Source: a virus (lineage: Duplodnaviria; Caudoviricetes). From it: 28,942 nt of DNA. Shown piece after piece: positions 1-9,517 of this stretch. Both the position numbers and the translations under genes were made by a program. The DNA lies in IMG/VR virus record IMGVR_UViG_3300035670_001003, positions 1 through 28,942 of that record. One strand, given 5' to 3'. Position 1 is the stretch's first letter, and each line of letters starts with the position of its first letter. A model generated the notes under the pieces. It worked only from the letters and a program-made list of their open reading frames with translations. It searched no databases and was not told the origin of the DNA.

Positions 1-62
1 CTTTCCGTCCCCCGCACATTTTCTGCAATCGCTCGAAGAAAAAGCAAAGAAGGCGGTAGGTT

Positions 63-548
63 ATGCTTGGAGGCCGTAAGCCCACAAAGCCCAAGGCCAA
101 AGCGGCCGCCCGCGGAGCCTCGAAACGAGACGCCGTGCGGGGTGCAATCGAGGCATCGGAGCCCGTTGCGGATATTGCGACTGGCCGTCCGTTGGTCGAC
201 ATGCTGTGTGCCGATGATACCTTGTCGGCTTCGGCGGTTGCGCGCATCCGAGCGTTTGGCGAGCGCACGTTGTCGCCGTCTGATCTCGCGGGCCTGCTTG
301 CTTTCCGCGTCGAGAAACTGCGCAGCCTCGTCGAGTCGGGCGACCTTACGGCCGAGCGCGAGCTGACGGGCTGGGACAAGCTGGGCGTGTTTGCAACCTC
401 GGTTGTCCAACTCCAAGCCGCGCAGGCCTCGGCAGGGGGCGCCCAGATTTCTATCACCTGGGGCGGCTTCGCACCGCCGCCACCGCCCGTCGGACGGGGC
501 GCGCGCAAGACCGACGCCAAGATCGGCGACATCATCGACACCGAATAA
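63..548 (+). CDS. terS: Putative terminase small subunit
   Basis: 161 aa with a basic N-terminus and helical body, immediately upstream of terL; positional call only. Confidence 0.6.
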   Translation: MLGGRKPTKPKAKAAARGASKRDAVRGAIEASEPVADIATGRPLVDMLCADDTLSASAVARIRAFGERTLSPSDLAGLLAFRVEKLRSLVESGDLTAERELTGWDKLGVFATSVVQLQAAQASAGGAQISITWGGFAPPPPPVGRGARKTDAKIGDIIDTE

Positions 549-557
549 CACCACGGG

Positions 558-1979
558 GTGGCCGTGCAAGTAGCGCTCGACCTGTCGCAGGCATGGAAGC
601 CGTACGACAAGCAGGCCGATTTTATCTTTGGCGACAGTCTGTTCCAGTTGTTTCTGGGCGGTGTCGGCTCGGGCAAGTCGCACGCGTTGACGTGCGCGGC
701 AATCGTCCGAGCGTTGCGCAACCCAGGGTCGGTCGGTGCGCTGCTCGGCCGTACCGAGATTGACTTGCGCACCGTGCTGTTGCCAAACCTGTTTGACCGC
801 CTGCAGGAAATGCAGGACCAGTCTAAGGTCAACTGGATCAAAGACTACGACAAGGGAAACGCTTGCCTGCGGTTGTTGAACGACTCGGTGATCTGGTTCC
901 GCCCGTACAACCGGATCAGCAAGCTGCGCGGACTGACGCTGACATGGGCGGCAGCCGACGAAGTGGAGTGGAGCGAGGCAGACCCCGAGGAGATTTGGAC
1001 GGTCATCACGGGACGTCTGCGCGGCCACGGTCCATGTCCTGGCTTCCTTGTCGCCACCTCGCCCAACGGCATGCGCGGCATTACCCGTAAGTTTGTCGAG
1101 GCCCAGCGCAGCTACCTCGAGGCCAAAGGCCGCGGCACGACCACGGCACCGTGGGACGCGTATCGCATCACCTCGGCCACGTCGTTCGACAATCCGTATT
1201 TGCCGCAACACTTCTTTGACAGCCTGTCGGCGATGTCCCGCCGACGGTACCAACAGGAAGTGGAAGGCAAGGTTCTGCGGCCGCTGCATACGGTGCTGTC
1301 GCTTGAGTCTCGGCACCTTGTCGAGTGGAGCTGGCGGGAGCATTTGACGCTGCCGCGCGTGTACGGTGTCGACTGGGGCGGGCAGGATCACCACGTCGCG
1401 GTAATGGCGCAGGTGCGACCCGACGGGCAATGGGTTGTGGCCGACGAGCTCGTTTGCGACGGCATGCCCCGCGGCCATTTCCAAGACCGCCTGCAAAAGT
1501 GGATGCTGTCGCACGGCGGTTCGCCGCCGCGGTGCATCGGCGCCGACCGTGCGGCACCCGTCGAAAACCAAGACCTGCAGGCGCGGTGGCGGTCTACGCA
1601 GGTGCGGTGGATGGAGTCGCGCGAAGAGCAGCAGGTCACGCGCGGGTTGGAATGCTTGCGGGATATGATGGATCCGCTCGACGGTGAGCCCGCGCTTGTG
1701 TTTTCGCATTCGTTGTCGCAGACGGTGCAGGGGCCGACAGCAGGGATCGTGCCTGCGCTGCGCGGGTACACGTACTACCTCGACAACGACGGCCAGCCGA
1801 CAAACAGGCCACGCAAAGACAACATCCACGACCACGCGGTCGACGCATTGCGTTACGCGGTCATGGCATCGGCAGACTTCACCGATCTGCACGGCGGCAA
1901 GCGGTTGCAGCAGCGGCAGACGGCCGACCGTCCGCCCGAAGCATCGCGGCCGGGTTGGTCGTCGCGGTCGGTGCATTGA
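558..1979 (+). CDS. terL: Terminase large subunit (PBSX/Terminase_6-like)
   Basis: Q motif (YDKQADF), Walker A GGVGSGKS, Walker B WAAADE, ATSFDNPYL, nuclease motifs GVDWG and DHAVDALRY. Confidence 0.95.
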   Translation: MAVQVALDLSQAWKPYDKQADFIFGDSLFQLFLGGVGSGKSHALTCAAIVRALRNPGSVGALLGRTEIDLRTVLLPNLFDRLQEMQDQSKVNWIKDYDKGNACLRLLNDSVIWFRPYNRISKLRGLTLTWAAADEVEWSEADPEEIWTVITGRLRGHGPCPGFLVATSPNGMRGITRKFVEAQRSYLEAKGRGTTTAPWDAYRITSATSFDNPYLPQHFFDSLSAMSRRRYQQEVEGKVLRPLHTVLSLESRHLVEWSWREHLTLPRVYGVDWGGQDHHVAVMAQVRPDGQWVVADELVCDGMPRGHFQDRLQKWMLSHGGSPPRCIGADRAAPVENQDLQARWRSTQVRWMESREEQQVTRGLECLRDMMDPLDGEPALVFSHSLSQTVQGPTAGIVPALRGYTYYLDNDGQPTNRPRKDNIHDHAVDALRYAVMASADFTDLHGGKRLQQRQTADRPPEASRPGWSSRSVH

Positions 1980-1981
1980 CG

Positions 1982-2010
1982 TTGCAGGCGCAGGGGTTGC
2001 GCGGTATGCT
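1982..2010 (+). promoter_or_regulatory. Possible sigma70-type promoter for portal/head genes
   Basis: TTGCAG-N17-TATGCT in the terL-portal gap, followed by GGAGG RBS. Confidence 0.45.
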
Positions 2011-2029
2011 GTAGCGCGGAGGTCCACCG

Positions 2030-3457
2030 ATGCCCGTGCAGTTGCAGCCGCTCTCGCTCTACAATGTGTCCGAGGCACAGCAGCAGGGCCAGGAGCTTGA
2101 CCAGCTCCTGCGGCTCGACTTCTCGTCGATACCTGCCTACCTGCGGCAACACCTGCCGAACACCGACGCGCCGATCCGCAAGATCCCGTTCGTTCGGCGG
2201 TACGTCGAAGAGCTCGGTGGGCTGTACCAACGGCCGGTCGTGCGGCGGTTCCTTTCGCCCGCAGATCCGCAGGCGCTGCCGCAGGCTGCTTGGCGCAAGA
2301 TGGTGACGGTGTACGACGAGGCCCGCGCCGACGCCGCTATGTCGGTGGTGGAGTCGGGGTTGTGGGTGCACCAGACCATGGCGGCGATGGTGCTGCCCGA
2401 CGGCGCAGGGATTTCGATCCTGCCCGTATCGCCGTGGCAGATGGAGCCCAAGATCCTCGACACGCTGCGGCCGTGGGACGTTGCGGGCTGGGAGTCGGTC
2501 AAGATCACCGTCCCCGATACCATCGACGCCGACACCGGCGTCATCACGTGGGGCACGATTGAGTTGACCCGCACCGAGGCCTGGCGGTACGTGCGCGGCA
2601 GCAAGATCGGCATTTACGCACCTAACGGCTCGCATCCATTCGGCAAGGTTCCGTTGGTGTTGGGCCACCGCGTCGCGCCGGAGTTGGGGCGGTGGTGCGC
2701 GCCTCTCAACGAGCCCGTCCACAATCTGCAGATTGCGCTGTGCTTGCTTGAGTCGGAAACAGAGCTGGTTATTCGCCACAGTGCATGGCCGCAGAAGGTG
2801 CTGGAAAACGCGACGATCGCTCAGATGACTGAGCAGATTCAAGTCGGTCCCGACAAGGTTGTGGCATTGCTGCGCTCGGGCGACCCGACCGCGCCCGGTC
2901 CTGCGCTGCGTGTGGTGCAGGGGCAACTGCCTGTAACCGAGCTCACCACGTGGATCGAAGGGCGGATCAAGCTTTACTGCGCCATGCTCGGCATCGACCC
3001 GTCGGCGTTCCTGCGCGTCAACACGGCGGTCACGGTGTCGGCCCGTCTGTTCGCGCACGCAACCCGCGCCGAGATGCGCGACCGCATCCGCCCTGTGCTG
3101 GAACGGTTCGAGCGCGAGCTAGCCAAGCTGAGCGCGCAGGTGCTGAACCTGACGGGCATCGTCGCTTTGCCCGTCGATACCCTGACGGTTGATTTGCGAT
3201 GGCAGGACACGGTCACGACCATCGACCCCGTCGCCGACACCACGGCGCTAGCAGCTGCGATCAAGCTCGGCCTGCGCTCGGTGGTCGAAGAGGTCGCCCA
3301 GCGTGACGGTTTGTCGCTTGCAGCCGCTCGAGTCAAGGTCGACGCAAACCTGCAAGAGGCGCGCGAGCTCGGTTTCCTGCCGCCCGATCCGCAACCTGGG
3401 CAAGAGGTGTCGGTCGACGTGCAAACGGGCGCCGAAACCGTGCGGGAGATTGTGTGA
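2030..3457 (+). CDS. Portal protein
   Basis: 475 aa directly after terL, with GGAGG RBS; FGKVPLV and helical C-terminal segments resemble SPP1 gp6-like portals. Confidence 0.8.
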   Translation: MPVQLQPLSLYNVSEAQQQGQELDQLLRLDFSSIPAYLRQHLPNTDAPIRKIPFVRRYVEELGGLYQRPVVRRFLSPADPQALPQAAWRKMVTVYDEARADAAMSVVESGLWVHQTMAAMVLPDGAGISILPVSPWQMEPKILDTLRPWDVAGWESVKITVPDTIDADTGVITWGTIELTRTEAWRYVRGSKIGIYAPNGSHPFGKVPLVLGHRVAPELGRWCAPLNEPVHNLQIALCLLESETELVIRHSAWPQKVLENATIAQMTEQIQVGPDKVVALLRSGDPTAPGPALRVVQGQLPVTELTTWIEGRIKLYCAMLGIDPSAFLRVNTAVTVSARLFAHATRAEMRDRIRPVLERFERELAKLSAQVLNLTGIVALPVDTLTVDLRWQDTVTTIDPVADTTALAAAIKLGLRSVVEEVAQRDGLSLAAARVKVDANLQEARELGFLPPDPQPGQEVSVDVQTGAETVREIV

Positions 3458-4152
3458 TCTCGGTCCAGCTCTCGCGGTCTGCGTTCCTCGACGGGGGCGT
3501 TGTCCGGCCGTTGGTGGTCAACGCAATCGAGGCCGCTACGGTGATGGCGCGGGCATTGCGCGACCAGGCGTTCGGCGACAATCGGCGCATTGCCTTTTCG
3601 ACGGCTTCGCGCAAGTTTCTGGGCGATGAATACATGCAGGCCTTGGGGCCAAAGTTCGACAATCGGCAGGGATGGAAACAGGCAAAGCGCATTGTCGCCG
3701 TGTTGCCCGAGGGCGGGTGGATTTGGTCCAGCTCGGACAGGTGGCACAAGGTGGCGCGAAAGGATGACGCCTCGTTCAACCGCACGGGCGGGATGTGGCG
3801 CGGTCTGAAGGTCCGCAACTACGGGCCGAACGCGGCAATCATCGAGTTTGCGGGATCGTCCATCGGGCAGGAGACAAAATACAGCAGGAGCACGACAAAG
3901 GGCCCAGACGGCCGCAAGCGTTTCGTCATCAAAGCCAAGAAGGTGCCAAACCGATTGAAGGCATACTCGGTATTTTCATCAAAAGACATCAACCTGCTGG
4001 AGCCAAACGCACGCTTGCAAGCAGAGTTTGCGGACGGTGTGCATGATGCCGTGTTGTCGTGGCTGTCGAAAGCGACAGGCGCAGATCCCGGCACCTTGCG
4101 CGCAGTCTCAAAAACGGGTAGAGAGTTTGCGGCGGCGCTGTCGCCGCAGTAG
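3454..4152 (+). CDS. Putative virion morphogenesis/neck protein
   Basis: GTGA overlap with portal; basic; FNRTGGMWRGL resembles the 'TG.L..SI' motif of Mu gpG/HK97 gp10-like proteins. Confidence 0.45.
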   Translation: MISVQLSRSAFLDGGVVRPLVVNAIEAATVMARALRDQAFGDNRRIAFSTASRKFLGDEYMQALGPKFDNRQGWKQAKRIVAVLPEGGWIWSSSDRWHKVARKDDASFNRTGGMWRGLKVRNYGPNAAIIEFAGSSIGQETKYSRSTTKGPDGRKRFVIKAKKVPNRLKAYSVFSSKDINLLEPNARLQAEFADGVHDAVLSWLSKATGADPGTLRAVSKTGREFAAALSPQ

Positions 4153-4159
4153 GTAGGAA

Positions 4160-4750
4160 ATGTCCGAAAACGCACCACCCATCGCGGTTGCGACGGCGAC
4201 GGCACCGGCGGTAGATACCACGGCGCCCGCTGTTCCGCAGGCTGCGGAACAACCGAACCAACCCAAGTCCGTACTCGCTCCCTCCGTCGCCAAGCCTGCG
4301 GCGCCCGAGCCGCCTGCATACAAGCAGCGGTTGCAGGCGCTGCAAACGCAGCTCAAAGAGCTGTCGGCCATGAAGGCCGAGCAGGCCAAGGCGTCCGAAG
4401 AGTCGCGGCGGTCGGCGATGTCCGAGCGCGAGAAGCTCGAAGAGGACCGCAAAGCGCTGCAAGCCGAGCGCGATGCACTGCGGCAGACGCGGCGCAGAGA
4501 CGCGATGTCCAAGCTCGGCATCCTCGAGAAAGCCGCTGCGCTTGTTCCTGACGTCGATCCCGCCGACCCGACGGGAGCCGCCGCGCTTGAAGCGTGGGCC
4601 AAGGACAACCCAGAGTTTGTGCGCCGCGCAGATGCGCAGTCGACACCGTACGACGTGCCGCAGGGTTCGCGGCTTGCACGTATTCTCACAGGCGCCGAGA
4701 AGTCGCCGCTGATTTCGCGCGATGGACTGCGCAAGCTGTTGGGGGGTTGA
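4160..4750 (+). CDS. Capsid scaffolding protein
   Basis: Pro/Ala-rich N-terminus, charged coiled coil (MSEREKLEE...), WAKDNPEF motif, located upstream of the capsid gene. Confidence 0.75.
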   Translation: MSENAPPIAVATATAPAVDTTAPAVPQAAEQPNQPKSVLAPSVAKPAAPEPPAYKQRLQALQTQLKELSAMKAEQAKASEESRRSAMSEREKLEEDRKALQAERDALRQTRRRDAMSKLGILEKAAALVPDVDPADPTGAAALEAWAKDNPEFVRRADAQSTPYDVPQGSRLARILTGAEKSPLISRDGLRKLLGG

Positions 4751-4751
4751 T

Positions 4752-5168
4752 ATGGCTACGCGTAACGCTCGGCAGCCTGTGCCGTCTATGGACGAGTCGT
4801 TTGATACATCGATCGTGTTGCCCGATCCGTCCTCCTTCAAGGCTGTCGACATCGATCGGCCGATGACCCACCCTGGCCGCGTGCAGGGTCTGGACTATAC
4901 CAAGTGGGCGGTGGCAATCGTCGATCTCAACTCCAAGCCCGACCGCATTGAGGCCGAGCGCCGCCGCATCGCAGGCAAAGGCTACCAACTCCTCGGAGGC
5001 CGTCCCGTCGTCGAGGGCTGGGCGTCGGCTGAGGTGTGGGTCATCCCGCGCGAAATCCACGAACAACGGTTGGCGGCGCGGCAGCGGATGATGATTGACG
5101 GCATCGCCACAGGTCGTTACACTGAAAGCGTTATGCCGCGCGAGGTGATCAACCGCGGTCGCGGCTAG
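4752..5168 (+). CDS. Hypothetical protein in head module
   Basis: ATG 1 nt after the scaffold stop (the track start at 4722 overlaps the scaffold); 138 aa; no recognised motif. Confidence 0.65.
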   Translation: MATRNARQPVPSMDESFDTSIVLPDPSSFKAVDIDRPMTHPGRVQGLDYTKWAVAIVDLNSKPDRIEAERRRIAGKGYQLLGGRPVVEGWASAEVWVIPREIHEQRLAARQRMMIDGIATGRYTESVMPREVINRGRG

Positions 5169-5238
5169 GACACGGAGCCTGTTTCGCCCGGCGAGGTAGG
5201 GCTTTGCGCGGCAACTTTACGCCGCAAGAGGTTCTACT

Positions 5239-6141
5239 ATGGCCAGCTCGCAGAATGCCAACCGCATCCTCCAGACCTCGTTTGCTCAGGGTTTGACCAA
5301 CACCGCCCCGCTCGTCCAGCGCGCGGGCCGCATCATCTCGACGGGCGGCGCTCGTACGGTCGACATCGGCGGCGGCGCTTTCGGCGCCATCGGCGCGACC
5401 CTGACGAACACCGCGACGACCCAGGCGCTGAGCGACTGGTTCACCTTCACGGCCAGCCACACGGTTACCAAAAAGGTCGTGAAGCACGTTGCGCCCGTCC
5501 ACACGGTCAACGGTGATTACGGCTTCGAGCAGCTTGGCGCCCAGCTTGCGCAGTCGGCGATCAAAACCTTTGACAAGCTGTTCTTCGACGGCCTCGAGGG
5601 TTTGTTCGCCGCCAATCACCCTCGCCAAGGTATCGGCGACGGTCTGGTCGGCGCGGGCAAGAAGTACCTGGACACGGGCCTGTTGCTCGCGGGCGGCGCT
5701 ACTCAGGACAACCTGATTGCCTCGGCGCTCGACGAGTCGTCGCTGAACGCCGCGATCAAGCTCATGCTGCAGTACCGCAGCGACCGCGGCATCCCGCTGC
5801 ACCTCGGCAGCAACGGCGGTCTGGTGCTGGTGGTTTCGCCCGCCAATGCCAAGGTCGCGCATGAGCTGGTCGTGTCGCAGCTCAGCGGTCAGGATATGGC
5901 CAGCAACTTCGTCAAGGGCATCGTGTCCGACATCGTCGTGTGGCCGTTCTCGACCGATGACCGCGATTGGTTCTTGATCGACCTGGCCAACGCGCCGGTC
6001 GGCATGGCGCTCGGCAGCGACCCGACGGCGCGCATCGCTTTGTCGGTGGACGGCCTGTTCTACGAGGCGGTGGCCGAGGTTGACTGCTGCTTCTTCAAGA
6101 GCCCGTACGAGTACGGGATCATCGGCAGCAACGTCCCCTAA
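5239..6141 (+). CDS. Major capsid protein, Mu gpT-like
   Basis: 300 aa; FAANHP, LDESSLNAAIKLM..RSDRGIPL, LVVSPAN and DWFLID match the pattern of Mu-like major head subunits; AAGAGG RBS. Confidence 0.8.
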   Translation: MASSQNANRILQTSFAQGLTNTAPLVQRAGRIISTGGARTVDIGGGAFGAIGATLTNTATTQALSDWFTFTASHTVTKKVVKHVAPVHTVNGDYGFEQLGAQLAQSAIKTFDKLFFDGLEGLFAANHPRQGIGDGLVGAGKKYLDTGLLLAGGATQDNLIASALDESSLNAAIKLMLQYRSDRGIPLHLGSNGGLVLVVSPANAKVAHELVVSQLSGQDMASNFVKGIVSDIVVWPFSTDDRDWFLIDLANAPVGMALGSDPTARIALSVDGLFYEAVAEVDCCFFKSPYEYGIIGSNVP

Positions 6142-6187
6142 GGTGCGAAAGGTGATGTCCTCGGCGTCGGCGTAAGGGGGTGCGATC

Positions 6188-7057
6188 GTGGTTGAAGTAG
6201 AGTTGAAATACGATGCTTCTACCACGGTCGCGCACGCCGACGCCGAGGGCGTTGTCGCCACATCGGCGACATGCAAGGTCTACAAGCCCGACGGTACCGA
6301 GTTGTCTACGGCGGCGGTTACCGTGCCCACCGCGTCGACGACCACCGCAGCAGGCACGACCGCGACCGCGCTTGTGCTGACGTCTGCAGTCGGGTTTGCG
6401 GTCGGTGCGCCGATCGCTATCACGTCGGACGGCGTCGTGTACGTGTCGCGGATTGCGCGGCTCGACGGCACCACCGCCCACCTCGTCGACGCGTTGCCCG
6501 TCGCGGTGGACAACGGCTCGACGGTCAAGGCAACACAAATCTCGGCGGTCGTCACGGCGCCCGGTGTCGCGAACATCGGCGCAGGCTACCGCATTGTCTG
6601 GGCATACAGCAGCGGCGCCGAAAGCCGCCAAGCATCCTACCAAGCCGCCGTCGTGCGGTGGCCGTGGTTTGCGCCAGTGGCAGGAGCCGACGTCCGCAGC
6701 ACGCTGGCCAACACGTTTCAGGAACGGAAGTCCGAGGCGTTCTGCGACCGTGTCGCCGCCGTCGTCAACGACCGCATCCGCTCGGCAATCCTGCGGACCG
6801 GGCGTCGGCCGTGGCTGTACCTGTCGCCGCTTGTGTTCGACGAGGCCGCGCGCCAAGGCATCCGCTATGCGCTCGCCGAGGAAGGCGTCTACCCAGGCGG
6901 CGACGCAATCGCAGCGATGCGCGAACTCCGCTTTGCGTTTGACGATGCGATGGCGCAGGCCTTGACGGCTGCGGCTTACGACAGCAACGCAACCGGCACC
7001 GTCGACGACAGCACCCCGAACCCTGGCGCAATCTACACGCTGCAGGCGGTGCGGTGA
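6188..7057 (+). CDS. Putative head-tail connector/head completion protein
   Basis: 289 aa after the capsid; beta-rich N-terminal part plus helical C-terminal part; positional call. Confidence 0.5.
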   Translation: MVEVELKYDASTTVAHADAEGVVATSATCKVYKPDGTELSTAAVTVPTASTTTAAGTTATALVLTSAVGFAVGAPIAITSDGVVYVSRIARLDGTTAHLVDALPVAVDNGSTVKATQISAVVTAPGVANIGAGYRIVWAYSSGAESRQASYQAAVVRWPWFAPVAGADVRSTLANTFQERKSEAFCDRVAAVVNDRIRSAILRTGRRPWLYLSPLVFDEAARQGIRYALAEEGVYPGGDAIAAMRELRFAFDDAMAQALTAAAYDSNATGTVDDSTPNPGAIYTLQAVR

Positions 7058-7485
7058 TGGTTTCGATTGTCGACCTTCTCGACAGCTTGCGCGCGGCCAT
7101 CGAGGCCGCGTCGCCGTCGGACCCCGTGTCCGAGGACGATACCTTCCGCACGTTCACCCTTGGGGCGCCTGTGCGTCGCAGCACGCGCGCGGTCCTTGTC
7201 ACGGCGTCGCCGCCGATCCGTCTGTTGCCCGGCTCGACTTGTACGGATTGGGGCACCACCGTTTCGTTGTCGGTGATCTACGCAATCGGGCAGGCCGAAG
7301 AAGGCCAGCGCACCGCATACGAACGCGCGCTTCTCGACAGCGAGACAATCGCCGCGGCAATCTACGCGTGGGCTGCGCAGGGCAACGCGCTGCGGGTCGA
7401 GCTCGCAGAGGGCGACATCTCGCCAGACGGCGACGGTGCTTTGATTTGCGAACGCACCGCGACGGTGCATTGGACTAGGGGGTAA
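7054..7485 (+). CDS. Putative tail terminator/completion protein
   Basis: 143 aa overlapping the previous stop, immediately before the tail tube; alpha/beta pattern typical of lambda gpU-like proteins. Confidence 0.5.
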   Translation: MMVSIVDLLDSLRAAIEAASPSDPVSEDDTFRTFTLGAPVRRSTRAVLVTASPPIRLLPGSTCTDWGTTVSLSVIYAIGQAEEGQRTAYERALLDSETIAAAIYAWAAQGNALRVELAEGDISPDGDGALICERTATVHWTRG

Positions 7486-7487
7486 CC

Positions 7488-8825
7488 GTGGCAACGTGGA
7501 ATGATTACAGCGTCTCGCTTGCGCCGCAGATCTCGGGCTTCGGCACCCCGAACATGACGGGCGCGGACTATCGCACGGTGAAGTGCGAGGCGCCGTCGTT
7601 CTCGTTCGACACCGCGGTTACCGAGCTTGCCCTGTTGACCGGCCAGATCGGCGCCGCTCCCGAGCGCGTGATCGGTCGCCGTAGCGGCACGTTCGGCTTC
7701 AAGATCCCGCTCGAGGGGTTGAAGTCGGGCTACGATCCGACGCTGGAAAACCCTGGCAGCGCAGGCGTGATCCCGCCTTGGATGTGCCTTGTTGCCAACG
7801 CGCTCGGCAGCAATGTTGCCGCGGTTGCCAACGCCGCCAACTTCTGGAACGGCGCGCACATGAACAACAGCACCTACCAAGCCTCGGGCGTGGCGTCGGC
7901 GACGACGACCGCGATTACCTACGATGCGCCTGGTGCGTTTGCGGACGTCGATGCGGGTGACCTCGTGCTGACGGCCGAGTCGCCGACCTCGACCACCCTG
8001 CAGCTGGGCTTTGCGAAGTCGGCCGCGGGCAACGTGGTCACGCTGTTTGAGGCGTCCAAGTCCGCCGTGAACAGCAACACCGCCGACAACTACGGAACCG
8101 CCACGGGTTGGCTGTCCGCCGCGGCTTATAGCCAGATCCCGATGACAATCAAGTTCACGGGTCAGGACACCACGCTTGCCTACATCATGCAGGACTTCGT
8201 GGTTGAGGGCTTTCAAATCACGTGGAACAGCGGCGAGGTGCCGACGGTCACGATCAACGGAAAGTTCTACGATTTCGCGATGGACAAGACCGCGGGCGGT
8301 TTGGTTGTCCCTGCCGCGTTCGACCGCGTGCCGCAGATCGTTGGCAGCGTCAACGGCTACGCGTCGCTGGCTGGGTCGCAAAAGTGCGGCATGGAGTCTT
8401 GCACGCTGGACTACGCGATCGAGGTTGTCGACATCGTGTGCCACGCTGCGTCGCAAGGTATCTCGGCAGTTGCCTATCGCAACCCGCGGATCCGTGCCTC
8501 GGTGCAGGTGCTGCACGACACCGCCGACACCGTGTATGACAGCGCCGGCAACGCGGGCAACGTGGGTAGCCATCAGTGGCAGTCGTTCTTGGAGCGCGGC
8601 GTTACCACCTCTATCGGGTGCTACGTCGGCAGCAAGGTCGGCCGCGCGTGGGCGTTCCTGATCCCAGCCGCCTACTTTACCGCGGTGGCGACTGAGAAGC
8701 GCGGCGAGTTCCTCGCATACAAGCTCGACGTCGAGGCGACCAACTACACCGGCGACACCGCCATCCACACCGAGACCACCACCGACAGCCCGCTAGACTC
8801 GATCTTCCGCATGGGCGTTGGATAG
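7488..8825 (+). CDS. Major tail (tube) protein with extra inserted domain
   Basis: 445 aa, beta-rich, 'SGFGTP' N-terminal motif, located before chaperone genes and TMP. Confidence 0.75.
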   Translation: MATWNDYSVSLAPQISGFGTPNMTGADYRTVKCEAPSFSFDTAVTELALLTGQIGAAPERVIGRRSGTFGFKIPLEGLKSGYDPTLENPGSAGVIPPWMCLVANALGSNVAAVANAANFWNGAHMNNSTYQASGVASATTTAITYDAPGAFADVDAGDLVLTAESPTSTTLQLGFAKSAAGNVVTLFEASKSAVNSNTADNYGTATGWLSAAAYSQIPMTIKFTGQDTTLAYIMQDFVVEGFQITWNSGEVPTVTINGKFYDFAMDKTAGGLVVPAAFDRVPQIVGSVNGYASLAGSQKCGMESCTLDYAIEVVDIVCHAASQGISAVAYRNPRIRASVQVLHDTADTVYDSAGNAGNVGSHQWQSFLERGVTTSIGCYVGSKVGRAWAFLIPAAYFTAVATEKRGEFLAYKLDVEATNYTGDTAIHTETTTDSPLDSIFRMGVG

Positions 8826-8837
8826 TCTCGACAGGTA

Positions 8838-8871
8838 GGGGCGGGCGGCTCGTGGTGCAGCCGCCCGCCCC
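8838..8871 (+). terminator. GC-rich hairpin after tail tube gene (terminator or mRNA-stabilising stem)
   Basis: Perfect 13-bp stem GGGGCGGGCGGCT/AGCCGCCCGCCCC with an 8-nt loop; no U-tract. Confidence 0.6.
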
Positions 8872-8912
8872 GCGAACAGTAGCACCACGCCCCCACACAT
8901 GGAGCACCACCC

Positions 8913-9212
8913 ATGCAGTCTATTCTTGCTCACCAACCCTTCCGCGTTGCCTTTGTCGAAGGCGAATTTGTTCCGTCCGTTGAGGGCGATTGGACGATCC
9001 AAAGCCTCGACTACTTCGAGTGCCAGGCAATCTACGCCGTCGACGACACCACCGAAAACATCCGTCAGACGCTCGCACGCGGTCTCGTCGATTGTCCCGC
9101 AGGCAAAGACGCGTTCCTCGGCTGCCCGTCGGTGTTGTATGTGCTCCCACTCTACCGCGCGATCTGGGCTGCGACAGCGGGAAACTTGCAGGGGCCGACG
9201 GACGGCAAGTAA
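8913..9212 (+). CDS. Tail assembly chaperone (gpG-like)
   Basis: 99 aa between tail tube and TMP, GGAG RBS; ends ...AGNLQGPTDGK with an in-frame G GGA AAC slippery site. Confidence 0.8.
   Translation: MQSILAHQPFRVAFVEGEFVPSVEGDWTIQSLDYFECQAIYAVDDTTENIRQTLARGLVDCPAGKDAFLGCPSVLYVLPLYRAIWAATAGNLQGPTDGK
9179..9185 (+). other. Programmed -1 ribosomal frameshift slippery sequence GGGAAAC
   Basis: X XXY YYZ heptamer phased correctly in the 8913 frame; the -1 frame stays open to 9517. Confidence 0.85.
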
Positions 9213-9517
9213 GCCACGGCGGCCAGCCTCAAACCATCATCTCAGCATTGCCGAAACTCCTGCGGTTGCAGGGCCGCGCCGGCATCATTCGCAGCGTGTT
9301 GGGCTGTACGGGCAAACCGCACGGCATGCCCGATACCGACGTCCCGGAGTTGGCGTGGTCGCATTGCCCGCTGTGTTTGTGGGAAAGTCCGCAGGTGCAA
9401 AGCCTGCGCAACCTTGCTAGACTGTCCGAGGTTGCACCGCTCGCGGGTTGGCCTGACAGGTACGCAGCCTGGGCCGTGCACGGTGTCGTGATGTTGCGCG
9501 AACACGGCAGGGGGTGA
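9179..9517 (+). CDS. Frameshifted C-terminal part of tail chaperone (gpGT-like fusion, 8913-9517)
   Basis: -1 frame (track ORF 8990..9517) is open from the slippery site to a GTGA overlap with the TMP start. Confidence 0.75.
   Translation, partial: GKLAGADGRQVSHGGQPQTIISALPKLLRLQGRAGIIRSVLGCTGKPHGMPDTDVPELAWSHCPLCLWESPQVQSLRNLARLSEVAPLAGWPDRYAAWAVHGVVMLREHGRG

Noticed and set aside
6136-6190. Capsid ends CCC-TAA, a known +1 frameshift context, and the next gene (6188) is in the +1 frame
   Set aside because: The +1 frame hits TAA at 6173-6175 after about 12 codons, so no capsid-domain fusion can form.
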